Source of the DNA: Chthonomonas calidirosea
Lineage (GTDB): Bacteria > Armatimonadota > Fimbriimonadia > Fimbriimonadales > Fimbriimonadaceae
Assembly (NCBI GenBank): GCA_945859975.1
Contig: CAMAPH010000015.1
Coordinates: 1-62,196, forward strand
Direction: 5' to 3'
DNA length: 62,196 bases
Made by a program: the position numbers and the translations under genes. Position 1 is the stretch's first letter; the number at the start of each line of letters is the position of its first letter. The notes beneath the pieces were generated by a model, which worked only from the letters and a program-made list of their open reading frames with translations, ran no database searches and was not told the DNA's origin. Of the stretch, positions 37,621 to 48,953 are shown piece after piece.

Positions 37621-39018
37621 TTATTCTGCGGCTTCTGTTTCCGTCGTCTCAGCAACGGCTTCTTCCGCTGCTGGAGCGTCTTCTGCCTTCTTCTTAGAGG
37701 ACTTCTTCTTTGGCGCTGGAGTCACTTCTTCCGCCGGAGCTTCGGTCTCTCGAACGTCGGCTTGGCTCAGAAGAAACTGTCGAACCTTTCTCTGAATCGC
37801 GCGGAACTGAAGTTCCTGGAAATCGCCATTGCGCTCAAGGGCTCGGTAAAGCTCTTCCGGCGAAATGTTGTTCTCTCCCGCCATTCGAGCAAGCTCCTGC
37901 TGAACGTCACCGTTCGTCAGGTTCAGCTTTTCCTTGGCGTAAACGTTCTGAATCACGAACGCCCGGAGAATCTCCGTCTTCGCTCGAACGCGCCATGCTT
38001 CGACGAACTCTTCGATCGTCATTCCCTGGTCGCGGGTGTACTGCTCCAGACTGATTCCGTTCTTCGCCTGTTCCTGAGCGGTCTCAGAAATGCGTCGGTC
38101 GGCCAAGTTCTCCCACATGTTGTCGGAAACTTCGATCGTGCTCTTGGTCACCATCGTGTCCAGCAACTGGTCGGTCGCCATCTCGAAAGCCGCTTCTTCC
38201 TTCACGATCTGAAGGCCCGAAGTCACTCGCTCTCGCAAGTCTTCGAGGTTCTCCGTCTGAAGCGAAGCCGCAAACGCGTCGTCAAGGTCGGGCAGCTTAA
38301 CTTCGGTGAGCGAAGAAACCGCAACCGTCGCCGTCACCGTCGTACCCGCCCACTCCTTGTCCGAGAAATCGGCAGGGAAGGTGAGTTCGGCGTGCTTGAT
38401 CTCTTCAACCTGCATGCCGAGGATCAACTCGTCCAGCTGAGGGAAGCTCTTGCCCACGATGACCATGAAGGTCTTGCCTTCTGCCGCACCGTCTGGCTTG
38501 ATGTTGAGAACCGCAATGTCCGTCGCCCGAACTTCTCGCGAAGTCACGGTCTCGCGGACCGAGCGTCGGCGTCGCATCTCTTCGATCTGAAGGTCAACCT
38601 CTTCTGGGGTGACTTCCGAAGGTGCGTGAACCACGCTGAGTCCGGTGTAGTCGCCAAGCTCCACACGTGGAGGCAACGGAATCTTTGCCGAGTACTCCGC
38701 CGTTAGGGTGTCCTGATCAATCGACTTCACTTCGACCGAAGGCTGAGTGTTTGGGTCTGGCGTCAGCGATTCCTGCTTGATTGCCGCGTTGAGCGTGCTC
38801 ATCACGAGTGCGCGAGCGGCTTCTTCGTACAAATCCTCTTTGTTGACAAGCGGCTCGAGCATGGCTCGTGGCGCTTTGCCAGGGCGAAAGCCGGGAAGCT
38901 TCACCTTTTTGGTCAGGTCGCGGAATGCGCGGTCAAAACTGTGCTTAACCTGCTCGCTCGCCGGAACGATAGTAAGGCGAACGGTGCAAGGGTTTAGATC
39001 CTCTCTGGTAACGGTCAT
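37621..39018 (-). CDS. tig: Trigger factor
   Basis: Ribosome-binding motif PGFRPGKAP, FKBP-like domain (LTFP.DF), LDDAFA. Confidence 0.92.
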   Translation of the reverse strand: MTVTREDLNPCTVRLTIVPASEQVKHSFDRAFRDLTKKVKLPGFRPGKAPRAMLEPLVNKEDLYEEAARALVMSTLNAAIKQESLTPDPNTQPSVEVKSIDQDTLTAEYSAKIPLPPRVELGDYTGLSVVHAPSEVTPEEVDLQIEEMRRRRSVRETVTSREVRATDIAVLNIKPDGAAEGKTFMVIVGKSFPQLDELILGMQVEEIKHAELTFPADFSDKEWAGTTVTATVAVSSLTEVKLPDLDDAFAASLQTENLEDLRERVTSGLQIVKEEAAFEMATDQLLDTMVTKSTIEVSDNMWENLADRRISETAQEQAKNGISLEQYTRDQGMTIEEFVEAWRVRAKTEILRAFVIQNVYAKEKLNLTNGDVQQELARMAGENNISPEELYRALERNGDFQELQFRAIQRKVRQFLLSQADVRETEAPAEEVTPAPKKKSSKKKAEDAPAAEEAVAETTETEAAE

Positions 39019-39084
39019 AGCGCAAAAAAGGCGGCGCACAGCGCCGCCAGCGGAGCGGTTTAAGCTGAGAGTGTACCTACAGCC

Positions 39085-39312
39085 TCAGAACCATTCTTTC
39101 TTGTTGTAAACGTAAGTTGCGGCAAAGTCCTCATCCGTCTTCGTGAGATAGATAATTCCCTCAACAAGCCCGATGATCGAACCCACACCGCAAAGGCCCA
39201 GCAACAACTGGATGATGCCCGCGGTTGTGTAGCCCAAGTAGAACTTGTGAATGCCCAAACCACCGAGGAGAATGGCAAGAATGCCGGCCGGAATCTTCTT
39301 TTCTGCGCCCAT
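39085..39312 (-). CDS. TM2 domain protein
   Basis: KIPAGILAILLGGLGIHKFYLG...EGIIYLTK.DEDF...KKEWF. Confidence 0.9.
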   Translation of the reverse strand: MGAEKKIPAGILAILLGGLGIHKFYLGYTTAGIIQLLLGLCGVGSIIGLVEGIIYLTKTDEDFAATYVYNKKEWF

Positions 39313-39358
39313 GATCAGTACAAAGACCGCTGTGAGGTGTGATGCGTTGCAAACTTTT

Positions 39359-40258
39359 TCAAACGTGGGCCCTAATCGCCCCGCGAATCTCCGAAAACTT
39401 CGGCACAAACCCCGACCGATTCAACTTTTCCGGCATTGCTCGAACGCTGTCCAGCACCAACTCAGGGTCCGGCGCACCAAAAAGGGAAGCCAACTTTAAT
39501 CCGAACTTCGGAGCCGGCGGACTCCAAGGCCGCCCGACCGCCGCCCGAAGTTCCTCCATAAAATCCCCATTCCGAACCGGATTCGGGCTCACCGCATTGA
39601 TCGGTCCCTCCAACGGCTCCCGCAGCGCGTGCACAAACATACGCGCTGCATCGCTCACCTCAACCCACGCAAACCATTGCTGTCCATCACCCTGCGCACC
39701 GCCCAAAAAGCTCCGGGTCAGCTTCGCCAAAGTAGGGATGGCACCGCCATCCTTGCCAATCACCACCCCAAGCCGCATCGCGCCTCGCCGAATTTGCGGC
39801 AATGGTGCAGAAAACATCGCGGCCTCCCAGGCGCAAACAACGTCAACCAAGAACCCGGTACCTGGGGCATCTTCTTCCGTCAGAACGGCGTCGCCGCGAT
39901 TGCCATACACTCCAACTCCCGAAGCGTTGAGCCAAACCTTCGGCGGCTGCTGCAACTGGGCCAACGCCTGCGCCAGCACCGAAGTGCTCTCGACGCGCGA
40001 ATCCAAAATCTTCTTTCGATTGTCTGTGGTCCATGGCAAGGAGATGCTTTCCCCAACTAAGTTGATCAATCCCGCCGCGCCATCAAGTCCGGCCGCCCAA
40101 GGCCCCAGGTTCTTGGCATCCCATTCAAGGTCAGATTTCGAAGAACGGCCTAGGATGAGTGGGGTGTAGCCGGCCAGTCGCAGTTCGGACGCAATCGCGC
40201 GGCCCAAGAATCCGGATCCACCGGCAATAACAACTCGAGAACCGCTCGCGTCTGGCAT
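39359..40258 (-). CDS. TIGR01777/YfcH-like NAD-dependent epimerase
   Basis: GGSGFLG, INLVGESI, SRVEST, GFL..V..AWE, G.G.QW..WV, GPINAVSP.PV.N. Confidence 0.9.
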   Translation of the reverse strand: MPDASGSRVVIAGGSGFLGRAIASELRLAGYTPLILGRSSKSDLEWDAKNLGPWAAGLDGAAGLINLVGESISLPWTTDNRKKILDSRVESTSVLAQALAQLQQPPKVWLNASGVGVYGNRGDAVLTEEDAPGTGFLVDVVCAWEAAMFSAPLPQIRRGAMRLGVVIGKDGGAIPTLAKLTRSFLGGAQGDGQQWFAWVEVSDAARMFVHALREPLEGPINAVSPNPVRNGDFMEELRAAVGRPWSPPAPKFGLKLASLFGAPDPELVLDSVRAMPEKLNRSGFVPKFSEIRGAIRAHV

Positions 40259-40296
40259 AGGCGGTTCTACGACAGAACCGCCCAAATTAGAGCCAC

Positions 40297-41202
40297 CTAT
40301 AGGGTCACAATGCTCGTGCGGCCCGAGGTCGGGTCAGTAAACCGCAGCTTTTTCGGAATCGCATTCTTTGGCAGCAAAAACGGCAGTCGAACCGTGGCGA
40401 CACCTTTCCCACGCAACGGAACCGACACAATCTCGCCCTCAAGCGCGGAAAGTACGTACTGGTTCCAGCTGTGCTCTTTCCCCTTGTCATCAATAATCGC
40501 CGCACTAAGAACGCCACTGTCGATGGTTTGCTCCTCGTTCAAAACGTTTCGGAACTTCACCGCGGCAAGTATAAAATGTTCATCCAGCGCAGCCGCCATA
40601 TAAAGGTTCGGTGACTGCTTCGTAACGGTCGTTTCTTCGAGCGAGATATCCCAACCGCCAACCGGCAACACCTGCTTCCGCGTGCCAGAGACCGTGTCAA
40701 ACGCCTGCTTGCCGTTCTCTCGAAGATAAGGGCCCTGTGCCTTTTGTAAAAATGGAGTGAGATCCACCGTAGACCGCCGACCGTTTACCAGCATGGAAAG
40801 CTTTGGAGAATCCATATCGTTCGGCACTTCCAAAACCACCGTATCCGCAAGGAATTTCCCCGGCAGCAAGTCGTCCGCATAGTTGTCCAGGAAGCGGGCA
40901 GCCGATTCTCCAACGACGGTAGATTGTCCTGCGTTGGTCACCGAGAACGTCACGCTGTCCCGACCATACTGTTCCGGCCCAGCGCCCGAGTTTCGAACGG
41001 TGTAGTTCACCACAAGGAACTTTTCCCCCTTCGGAGCCATGGCCCAACCGTCCTTCAAAATCCGCCGGACGGCAAACTGAGAAGAGGTGATCTGGATGTC
41101 GAGCGACTTTGCCCTGCGATCGAACGACGAGGTGAACGTTGCATCGGCTCCCTTAAACCCGATGACCAGGAGCATCATTGCTCCGAGTGATGTTAATTGC
41201 AT
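40297..41202 (-). CDS. Secreted protein with two DUF4352-like Ig domains
   Basis: Signal peptide; KGEKFLVVNYTVRN and FIL..VKFRN repeats. Confidence 0.55.
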   Translation of the reverse strand: MQLTSLGAMMLLVIGFKGADATFTSSFDRRAKSLDIQITSSQFAVRRILKDGWAMAPKGEKFLVVNYTVRNSGAGPEQYGRDSVTFSVTNAGQSTVVGESAARFLDNYADDLLPGKFLADTVVLEVPNDMDSPKLSMLVNGRRSTVDLTPFLQKAQGPYLRENGKQAFDTVSGTRKQVLPVGGWDISLEETTVTKQSPNLYMAAALDEHFILAAVKFRNVLNEEQTIDSGVLSAAIIDDKGKEHSWNQYVLSALEGEIVSVPLRGKGVATVRLPFLLPKNAIPKKLRFTDPTSGRTSIVTL

Positions 41203-41344
41203 TCGTAATAAATCCCCAAAACTAAGCAACCAAAACAAAAAATGCAAAGTTAAGTCCCCCTTAACAACGGGTTATCCATTATTGACGAAACAAGCGCAAA
41301 ATGTGTTCCAATTTCTCTCTCACGGTATTCTGTGACAGCGCGGG

Positions 41345-43870
41345 ATGCATTTTGCCCTCGGCGCAGCGACTTCTACCGTGGCAGAGAATCCGAATTACAC
41401 CATCGTCAACGTTGATGAAGAGCTAGGCCGCTCTTACGTGAACTACGCGATGTCCGTCATCATCGCGCGCGCCCTCCCCGACGTCCGGGATGGCCTCAAG
41501 CCGGTTCAGCGGCGAATCCTCTATGCTATGAGGGACCTGAACCTGAACCCAGATCGCGGCCACGTCAAGTGCGCCAAGATCTGCGGCACCACCAGCGGCG
41601 ACTATCACCCTCACGGCGAAGCGGTCATCTACCCGACCCTCGTTCGGATGGCCCAGCCATGGTCACTCCGCTACCCTCTCATCGACGGGCAAGGCAACTT
41701 CGGCAGCATCGACGGCGACTCTCCCGCCGCCATGCGATACACCGAAGCGCGCCTCATGCCGCTCGCCGTCGAGATGATGGAAGACCTCGATCGCGAAACC
41801 GTCGAGTGGATCAGCAACTACTCCCAGTCCACCCTCGAACCGACCGTTTTCCCCGGCAAGTTCCCGAATTTGCTTTGTAACGGCTCCCAGGGCATCGCCG
41901 TCGGCATGGCCACCAACATGCCGCCGCACAACCTCACCGAGGTTTGCAACGCCATCCTGCTCCGCATCGACGAGCCCGCCTGCACCCTCGACCAGGTGAT
42001 GGAAGTCCTCCCCGGACCCGACTTCCCAACCTACGGAATCATCATGGGCGCGAAGGGAATCCGCAGCGCCTACGAAACCGGCCGCGGATCGGTCGTGATG
42101 CAGGCCAAAACGATGATCGAGCTCGGAGATTCCGGCAAGTCGGTCATCGTCGTCACCGAAATCCCGTACCAGGTCAATAAAGAGTCGCTCATCAAGAACA
42201 TCGCCGGTCTCATCAAAGACCGCAAGTTCGATGGCCTCCTCTCGGTTCAGGACTACTCCGACAAGCGCGGAATGCGCATCGAAGTTGAAGTCCGCCGCGA
42301 TGTCAACCCGAACCAGGCGCTCAACTACCTGCTCAAGCACACCAGCCTTCGCACCACCTTCGGCGCGAACATGCTGTCGCTGGTAGACCTCGCGCCGCGA
42401 ACCAGCCCGCTGCTGGTTCTGCTGGATCAGTACATCATCCACCGGCGCAACGTCATCGTTCGCCGAACCCGCTACGAGCTTTATCGAGCGTTCGAAGAAC
42501 TCCACCTGAACGAGGGCTACCAAATCGCCCGCCGCTTCATGGACGATATCGTCCGCGTCATTCGCGCCAGCCGCGATGCCGCCAGCGCGCTGGTTGAACT
42601 CGTTACGACCTTCAACTTCAGCCCGTTCCAAGCCACTGCCATCCTGAACATGCCGCTTCGGCGACTCACCCAGCTGGATCAGGCGAACCTTGAGAACGAC
42701 TTCAAGGCCGCTGCCCGACGGGTGCAGAACCTCCTCGACATCCTGGAAGACCCCGAGCGACTGAAGAAAGTCCTGCGCGACGAAGTCGTCTACATTCGCG
42801 ACAAGTACGGCGACGAGCGACGAACCAAGATTCAGCCGCGCGAAGCCGGCGATTTCTCGGAAGAAGATCTGATTCCAGACGAGGAAGCCATCATCTCCAT
42901 CAGCCGAGATGGTTACATCAAGCGCGTCTCCATCGATGCCTACCGCCAGCAAAAGCGCGGCGGAAAGGGCGTCAACAACACGATGAAGGCCGATGATGAA
43001 CCGGCGCACCTCTTCCAGGTCAGCACCCACCACACCATCCTCTTCTTCACCGATCGCGGCCGCGTCTATCGGCTCAAGGCGTACGAAATTCCCGAATCCG
43101 GTCGGTACGCCCGAGGCATGCCCATCATCAACTACATCCAGATCGTCGGCGGAGAGCGCGTCACCGCAACCATCTCCATCAAGGATCTGAACGTAGAGGG
43201 CTACCTCGCCATGATCACCCGTGGCATCGGCCAGCGCCATGAATCGGAAGTCAAGCGAACTCCACTCCGCGACTTCGCCAACATCCGCAGCAACGGCATC
43301 AAAGCCTTCGACATCGACGAAGGCGACGAGCTCGGTTGGGTGCTGCGAACCAGTGGCAACGACGACATCATCCTCATCACCCACAACGGCCAATCCATCC
43401 GCTTCAACGAAACCGGCGCAACTGCCCGGTCCCGTGCGGCTGGCGGCGTCAAAGCCATGGTCTTTAAGGCTGGCGATGCCGATGAACAGGTTGTCACCGC
43501 TGCCGTAGTTGATGAGTCGCTCACCCTCCTTGTGGTTAGCGAAAACGGCTACGGAAAGCGAACCCCGCTGAGCGATTACCGACCGCAGACCCGCGGCGGC
43601 ACGGGAATCCTCACCATGAACTGCACCGATAAAACCGGCAAGGTCGTTGGTGCAGAAGTCGTCGAACCCCAGGACAAGCTCTTGGTGATGACCATGAACG
43701 GTAAGGGCATCCGCGTCCGCGTGAAGGAAATTCGCGAAACCGGCCGCGTGGCCCAGGGCGTGAAGCTCATCGACCTCGCTGCCGGAGACCAGGTCCGCAG
43801 CATCGCCCGCATCGTGCAAGAAGCCGATGATGGCGAAGGCGACGAAGTAGAAGCTGCTTCGGGCGAGTGA
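41345..43870 (+). CDS. gyrA: DNA gyrase subunit A
   Basis: [28 protein letters not shown], GyrA-box QKRGGKG, C-terminal pinwheel repeats; start may be GTG 41378. Confidence 0.97.
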   Translation: MHFALGAATSTVAENPNYTIVNVDEELGRSYVNYAMSVIIARALPDVRDGLKPVQRRILYAMRDLNLNPDRGHVKCAKICGTTSGDYHPHGEAVIYPTLVRMAQPWSLRYPLIDGQGNFGSIDGDSPAAMRYTEARLMPLAVEMMEDLDRETVEWISNYSQSTLEPTVFPGKFPNLLCNGSQGIAVGMATNMPPHNLTEVCNAILLRIDEPACTLDQVMEVLPGPDFPTYGIIMGAKGIRSAYETGRGSVVMQAKTMIELGDSGKSVIVVTEIPYQVNKESLIKNIAGLIKDRKFDGLLSVQDYSDKRGMRIEVEVRRDVNPNQALNYLLKHTSLRTTFGANMLSLVDLAPRTSPLLVLLDQYIIHRRNVIVRRTRYELYRAFEELHLNEGYQIARRFMDDIVRVIRASRDAASALVELVTTFNFSPFQATAILNMPLRRLTQLDQANLENDFKAAARRVQNLLDILEDPERLKKVLRDEVVYIRDKYGDERRTKIQPREAGDFSEEDLIPDEEAIISISRDGYIKRVSIDAYRQQKRGGKGVNNTMKADDEPAHLFQVSTHHTILFFTDRGRVYRLKAYEIPESGRYARGMPIINYIQIVGGERVTATISIKDLNVEGYLAMITRGIGQRHESEVKRTPLRDFANIRSNGIKAFDIDEGDELGWVLRTSGNDDIILITHNGQSIRFNETGATARSRAAGGVKAMVFKAGDADEQVVTAAVVDESLTLLVVSENGYGKRTPLSDYRPQTRGGTGILTMNCTDKTGKVVGAEVVEPQDKLLVMTMNGKGIRVRVKEIRETGRVAQGVKLIDLAAGDQVRSIARIVQEADDGEGDEVEAASGE

Positions 43871-44919
43871 TGTTTAAAGTAGGTGCGGTTGAAATCCCGA
43901 ATCGGCTCGTGCTCGCGCCGATGGAGGATGTCACCGCCCTCCCCATGCGCCTCATCGCCAAGCGCATCGCGAACCCCGGACTCATGTTCACGGAGTTCGT
44001 TAGCGCGATGGCGAACCACTACAACCCCTCCCGGGCGCGCAAAAAGATGCGCATCCACCCAGAAGAGCGGCCCCTAACCATCCAGATTTTCGGCGGCGAA
44101 CCGGAAACCATGGCCGAAGTCGCCCGCACCGCCGAAGAGATGGGCGCGGACATCGTGGACATCAACATGGGCTGCTGGGTGCCAAAAGTCTGCCGAACCG
44201 GTGCCGGCGCCGCCCTCCTGAAAGACCCCGTGCTCGCCGAGCAGATCGTCTCGTCGGTCGTCCGAGCCGTCAAAGTCCCGGTAACGGTGAAGGTCCGCGC
44301 CGGCTGGGACTACAGCCTCTTCGCCGCCCCCGACCTCGTTCGCCGCTTCCAAGACGCCGGCGCGCAGATGATCACCCTCCACGCCCGCTTTGCCAAACAA
44401 GGCTTCGAGGGCCAAGCCGACTGGGACCTCATCAAGTCGCTCCGCGAGCTCGTCACCGTCCCGCTCGTCGGCAACGGCGACGTCAAAACCCCCGCCGACG
44501 CCATCCGCATGCTCCAAGAAACCGGCTGCGACGGCGTCATGGTAGGCCGCGCCGCCATCTCCAACCCCTGGCGCCTCCGCGATATTCGGGTCGCCATGGA
44601 CTTGTACGAACGCGGGGAAGACTGGACCGTCCCCTGTCCCGCGCCGAGTTTGGAGGAGCGAATCCAAACCGCCCTCCACCACCTCCGCCTCTCCATAGCC
44701 CACGAAGCCGACTGCGACACCTTCGAAGAAGCTTTGTTGTCGCCCAATTACGCCCGAGCCGAACTAACCGCCAGCCGAGCCATCCGCGGCCAAATGCCGC
44801 TCTACATCAAAGGAGCGGTCGGGGCGTCGGTGGTGAGAGATCGACTGACCAAGTGCTCGAGCGTCGCGGAGTATGAAGATGTGCTGGGTGGGTTTCGGGC
44901 CGGGGCGGCCAGTACTTAA
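43867..44919 (+). CDS. dusB: tRNA-dihydrouridine synthase B
   Basis: LAPMEDVT, QIFG, DINMGC..PKV, GAALL, VTVKVR.GW, GNGDV, DGVMVGR. Confidence 0.92.
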   Translation: MMFKVGAVEIPNRLVLAPMEDVTALPMRLIAKRIANPGLMFTEFVSAMANHYNPSRARKKMRIHPEERPLTIQIFGGEPETMAEVARTAEEMGADIVDINMGCWVPKVCRTGAGAALLKDPVLAEQIVSSVVRAVKVPVTVKVRAGWDYSLFAAPDLVRRFQDAGAQMITLHARFAKQGFEGQADWDLIKSLRELVTVPLVGNGDVKTPADAIRMLQETGCDGVMVGRAAISNPWRLRDIRVAMDLYERGEDWTVPCPAPSLEERIQTALHHLRLSIAHEADCDTFEEALLSPNYARAELTASRAIRGQMPLYIKGAVGASVVRDRLTKCSSVAEYEDVLGGFRAGAAST

Positions 44920-45067
44920 GCCTTTCGAGACCCTAGTCAAAATATTTGACCTCATTGCGAAAACTTACGATTGCTAAAAATTTTGAAGATTTTTAAATGT
45001 TTCTTTTGTTTTGACAAAAACCACTTGGCATTTGACATGAGGTGTTGTATATGTATCTCCAGTTGCC

Positions 45068-48000
45068 ATGACTTGGTTCCGAAATTACCAACGTTTGCTC
45101 GCTCTATTTTGCGTGGCCCTGCTTTTTGTTTCGCAGACCGCGACAGCGGCATTTTCGCTGGGGGAAATCTCGCTGAAGGAATTGCAAGCCCTTCGGCGGC
45201 ATCCGGGTCACTTCACGCAGGCACCTACCCGCGTTTACCTTGGCAAGAATCCAAAGCGAGAACCGCTAACTCGAGGCATCTGGACGCAAAGACAGCTCCA
45301 GAACGCAGAGTTTGACGCGCAAACCTTGTTCGCTACGTTGTTCGCGGCGACTCCGCCGCCAGGACACACAACAGCAGTCAACCCGGGTTCCGGTGGTGCG
45401 TACAACTGGGAAGGAAGTCGCCCAAGCGTCGGCGGTGGATCTGTCAATACCGGCAATGGCAACAAACTAAGCACCGTGCCGCTCACTGGTTGGGATGTGC
45501 GAGGCGGGATGGCGGTGAATTTCACCTTGTTCCACAACAGCCAAAGCAGCTACAACGATGAACTAGGCCACGGCTGGACGTGGACGTATGACATCTACAT
45601 CAACGATGACGACATCAACAACCCCGTTGTGCACTGGGGCGATGGCCTCTCCGTTCCGTTCAGTTACACCGGAACGGTTCCAACCGGCGTGGATTACAAC
45701 TACACGTCGCCAACCGGCGTCTTCGACAAGCTAACCAAGAAAGCTGACGGGACTTGGACCATTACCAAGAAGAGTCAGATCAAGTACCAGTTCAATGCGG
45801 CTGGATTCTGCAACAAGATTCAGGACCGAAACAGCAACCAAATCACGCTCACCCTCAACAGCTCCAACTACGTAACGAAGGTCACGGACCCGACGGGCCG
45901 CGAACTGAACATCATACTTGATGGCAGCAATAACTTCACCAGCATCACCGACCCGCTTGGCCAGGTTTGGGAATTCACGCGTGATGGCAGCGATGATCTG
46001 ACCGAAGTCGAGTTTCCTCCTGTTAACAGCGTCGTTTACACCGAGAACTTCACGTTCAACGCGACTCACGACATCCTGACCCGGACCGACAAGCGCGCCA
46101 AAGTCTGGACAACTACCTATAACACCGGCGGCGTGGTTGCGACCGAAAAGAACCCGCTGAACCAGACCACGACATACACCTACACCAGCAGCGCAACCAC
46201 CATCACCGACCCCATCGGCGAAACAGTCACCCACAACTACAGCAGTGGCCTTCTCGCCAGCGAAGTGGATCAGTCTGGTTTTAGCATCGCTAGGACCTAC
46301 AATGGCAGCTTCCTGCCGACCGCAACAACGGACAAGCGTGGCAAGGTCTGGAGTTTCACTTATGACTCCGTTGGCAACATCCTCACCAAGACCAACCCAC
46401 TCTCCAAGGTAACTACTTACACCTACAACACGACGAACGATCTGCTCACCAGCATGAACCCGCTGAGCCAGACCACGACGCTAACCTACGATTTGAACGG
46501 AAATCTGTTAACCATCACCGACCCGCTCAGCCGGGTGACGGAGATGGCTTATGACGGGAACGGACTCCTTACGAGCGTCGAAAACAACCTGGGGGAAGTC
46601 ACAACTCTCGCTTACAACAGCAATGGTCACCTCACCAGCACAACCGATCCACTGAACCACACAACGAGTCTTGGCATTAGTACGCTTGGCTGGACCACGA
46701 GCACGACCGACGCAACCAGCAACGTCACGAGCTACACCTATGACAACTGGGGTCGGCTCTCGACACTGACGAACCCCGACACATCTACCATCACCTACTC
46801 CTACAACGCAAATTCGGACCTTCTCACCGAAACGAATGAGCGCAGCAAAACCACGACCTGTATTTATGATGATGCCGGTCACCTGACCACAAAGACGAAC
46901 GCCAAGAGCGAGATCGAAACCTACGCTTATAACGCTAGAGGCGACCGAACAAGCGCTACGAACGGACGCGGCAAAGTGCGAACCTACACTTTAACCGACC
47001 GTGGTGAAGTGGCGAGCCTCACTCTGCCGGACAGCAGTGTGGAGCAATGGAGCTACGACGGGAACGGCAGCGCAACCGCGTACACCAGCCCGCTCAGCCA
47101 GGTGATCTACTACACATTCGACAACGCATCTCGCCAAACCGGAGTCGACTATCCTGCAGGCACGGATACGACGTTCAGTTATGACGATGCGAACCGCCGC
47201 ACTGGAATGACTGATTCAACTGGTACGACCACTTGGACCTTTAACTCGGCGGGTGAATCCACCGCCCTTTCCACGCCGCAAGGAAGCCTCTCCTATACCT
47301 ACGACGGTGCAGGTCGGCAAAAAACTCTCGTTGAGAGTCACGGCACCACGACGTATAACTACGACACCGCTGGACGGCTCACCTCGCTCGTGAACGCTCA
47401 ATCTGAAACGACAAGCTTCACTTACGACAACGCGAACCGTCTGACCAAGCAGACCCACAACCCTGGCCAGTACACCGAAATGGCCTACAACAACCGGGGC
47501 TTGGTCAGCACGCTCTCGACCAAGAAGAGCGACGGCACCGTCTTTAGCACCGAAACATACTCGTACGACACGGGTGGAAACCTCACTTCGAAGGTAGTCA
47601 GTGGCAGCACCACTTCGTTCACTTATGACGACATAGACCAGCTCCTGACCGAGACGCGGTCCGGTGCAACGACGACGTACACGTACGACGCGAACGGCAA
47701 CCGGTCTAGTAAAGCCGCAGGCGGAGTCACCGAGACCTACGTCGTTGACGACGCCGACAAGCTGACCTCGATCACCGTTGGTGGGACCGCTGTCAAGACG
47801 TACTCCTACGACACTGCAGGACGAACAACTTCCGTCGTTACCTCCGCTGGAACAACGTCGCTCACCTACGACTACGAATCGCGCATAGCGCAGATTACGT
47901 ACCCATCCTCGGCCACTAATACGTTCACCTACAACGGTCTTGACACCCGTGTCGGCAAGGTGGATTCTGTCGGAACCTCGACGTATAAGCGAGATGGTGA

Positions 48001-48892
48001 TTACGTCACCGCGCCTGTGCTCGAAGACGGCACCGCAAAGTTCACGCCGGGAGTTTCAGACCGTCGAGGTTCGAGTTCGCGGTTCTACCACCCCGATCGA
48101 ATGGGCTCGGTACTGCGGCATACGTCGAGCTCCCAAGGTTCGACGGCCAGCCGGCAATACGACGCATTCGGAAACGTTGCTTCAGCCTCCGGCACCTTCG
48201 CCCTTCCCTTTGGGTTTGCCGGAAACTGGGGCTATCAAGAGGATGGTGACTCGGGGCTAAAGCTACTCGGGCACCGTTACTATGACTCTTCAACGGGCCG
48301 GTTTTTGACCAGGGATCCTATCAAGGACGGTCGGAATTGGTACGGATATGTTGAGAACAATCCGCTGAAGGCCGTGGACCCTACGGGCCTTGACATTTTC
48401 AGCGATATTCGAAAATTGGAAGGCAAAGGAATAGGTCGTGGTGTTTCGGACTGGATCAAAGGTGACCCAATCCTTTCGGATAAGGTCCATCGAGCGATTC
48501 CCAGATATTTAGGTATGTACCCCAAGGAGGATCAAGACAATGGGAGCGGTGGAGGTAGAGGTGGCGGTGGAGGCAGAGGGGGTAAAGGAGGTACCGGCGG
48601 TAAGGGAGGAAAACCTCCTAAGAATCCGGATTTGAACCCGGAAGAGCTACAAAAGCTCTTGGAAGATGAGGGATTGACTAAAGTACCACCTAAACCGGAA
48701 GGTGAAGGGTCAGGTAACGGTATCGACGAGCCTACTGCTCGGATCATTACTGGAGTTGTGATCCTGGTTCTTGTTGTGGCGGCCGCGGCCACCGCTCCCG
48801 CTTGGCTCCCAGCGGTAGCTGTTGCAGCAGTTGCGGCTGTTGTAGTTGGTCGAAGTGACGAAAGCAATGGTGGAGGAGGCTTCTCAGGATAA
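45068..48892 (+). CDS. RHS/YD-repeat protein with Sec signal and variable C-terminus
   Basis: Signal peptide; VNTGNGN/LGHGW (DUF6531-like); many YD repeats; core RYYD...GRFL.RDP; NPL..VDPTGL cleavage motif. Confidence 0.93.
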   Translation: MTWFRNYQRLLALFCVALLFVSQTATAAFSLGEISLKELQALRRHPGHFTQAPTRVYLGKNPKREPLTRGIWTQRQLQNAEFDAQTLFATLFAATPPPGHTTAVNPGSGGAYNWEGSRPSVGGGSVNTGNGNKLSTVPLTGWDVRGGMAVNFTLFHNSQSSYNDELGHGWTWTYDIYINDDDINNPVVHWGDGLSVPFSYTGTVPTGVDYNYTSPTGVFDKLTKKADGTWTITKKSQIKYQFNAAGFCNKIQDRNSNQITLTLNSSNYVTKVTDPTGRELNIILDGSNNFTSITDPLGQVWEFTRDGSDDLTEVEFPPVNSVVYTENFTFNATHDILTRTDKRAKVWTTTYNTGGVVATEKNPLNQTTTYTYTSSATTITDPIGETVTHNYSSGLLASEVDQSGFSIARTYNGSFLPTATTDKRGKVWSFTYDSVGNILTKTNPLSKVTTYTYNTTNDLLTSMNPLSQTTTLTYDLNGNLLTITDPLSRVTEMAYDGNGLLTSVENNLGEVTTLAYNSNGHLTSTTDPLNHTTSLGISTLGWTTSTTDATSNVTSYTYDNWGRLSTLTNPDTSTITYSYNANSDLLTETNERSKTTTCIYDDAGHLTTKTNAKSEIETYAYNARGDRTSATNGRGKVRTYTLTDRGEVASLTLPDSSVEQWSYDGNGSATAYTSPLSQVIYYTFDNASRQTGVDYPAGTDTTFSYDDANRRTGMTDSTGTTTWTFNSAGESTALSTPQGSLSYTYDGAGRQKTLVESHGTTTYNYDTAGRLTSLVNAQSETTSFTYDNANRLTKQTHNPGQYTEMAYNNRGLVSTLSTKKSDGTVFSTETYSYDTGGNLTSKVVSGSTTSFTYDDIDQLLTETRSGATTTYTYDANGNRSSKAAGGVTETYVVDDADKLTSITVGGTAVKTYSYDTAGRTTSVVTSAGTTSLTYDYESRIAQITYPSSATNTFTYNGLDTRVGKVDSVGTSTYKRDGDYVTAPVLEDGTAKFTPGVSDRRGSSSRFYHPDRMGSVLRHTSSSQGSTASRQYDAFGNVASASGTFALPFGFAGNWGYQEDGDSGLKLLGHRYYDSSTGRFLTRDPIKDGRNWYGYVENNPLKAVDPTGLDIFSDIRKLEGKGIGRGVSDWIKGDPILSDKVHRAIPRYLGMYPKEDQDNGSGGGRGGGGGRGGKGGTGGKGGKPPKNPDLNPEELQKLLEDEGLTKVPPKPEGEGSGNGIDEPTARIITGVVILVLVVAAAATAPAWLPAVAVAAVAAVVVGRSDESNGGGGFSG

Positions 48893-48953
48893 CTCTTCAG
48901 CTGCGCTGAGCAACTATAATTAAGATATCCGTATCCAGCCTTGCCAATGTAAC

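Noticed and set aside
41663..43819. 718-aa minus-strand ORF and similar long antisense ORFs (e.g. 21948-23153, 37762-38706, 60412-61713)
   Set aside because: Shadow frames opposite well-supported genes, expected from high-GC codon bias
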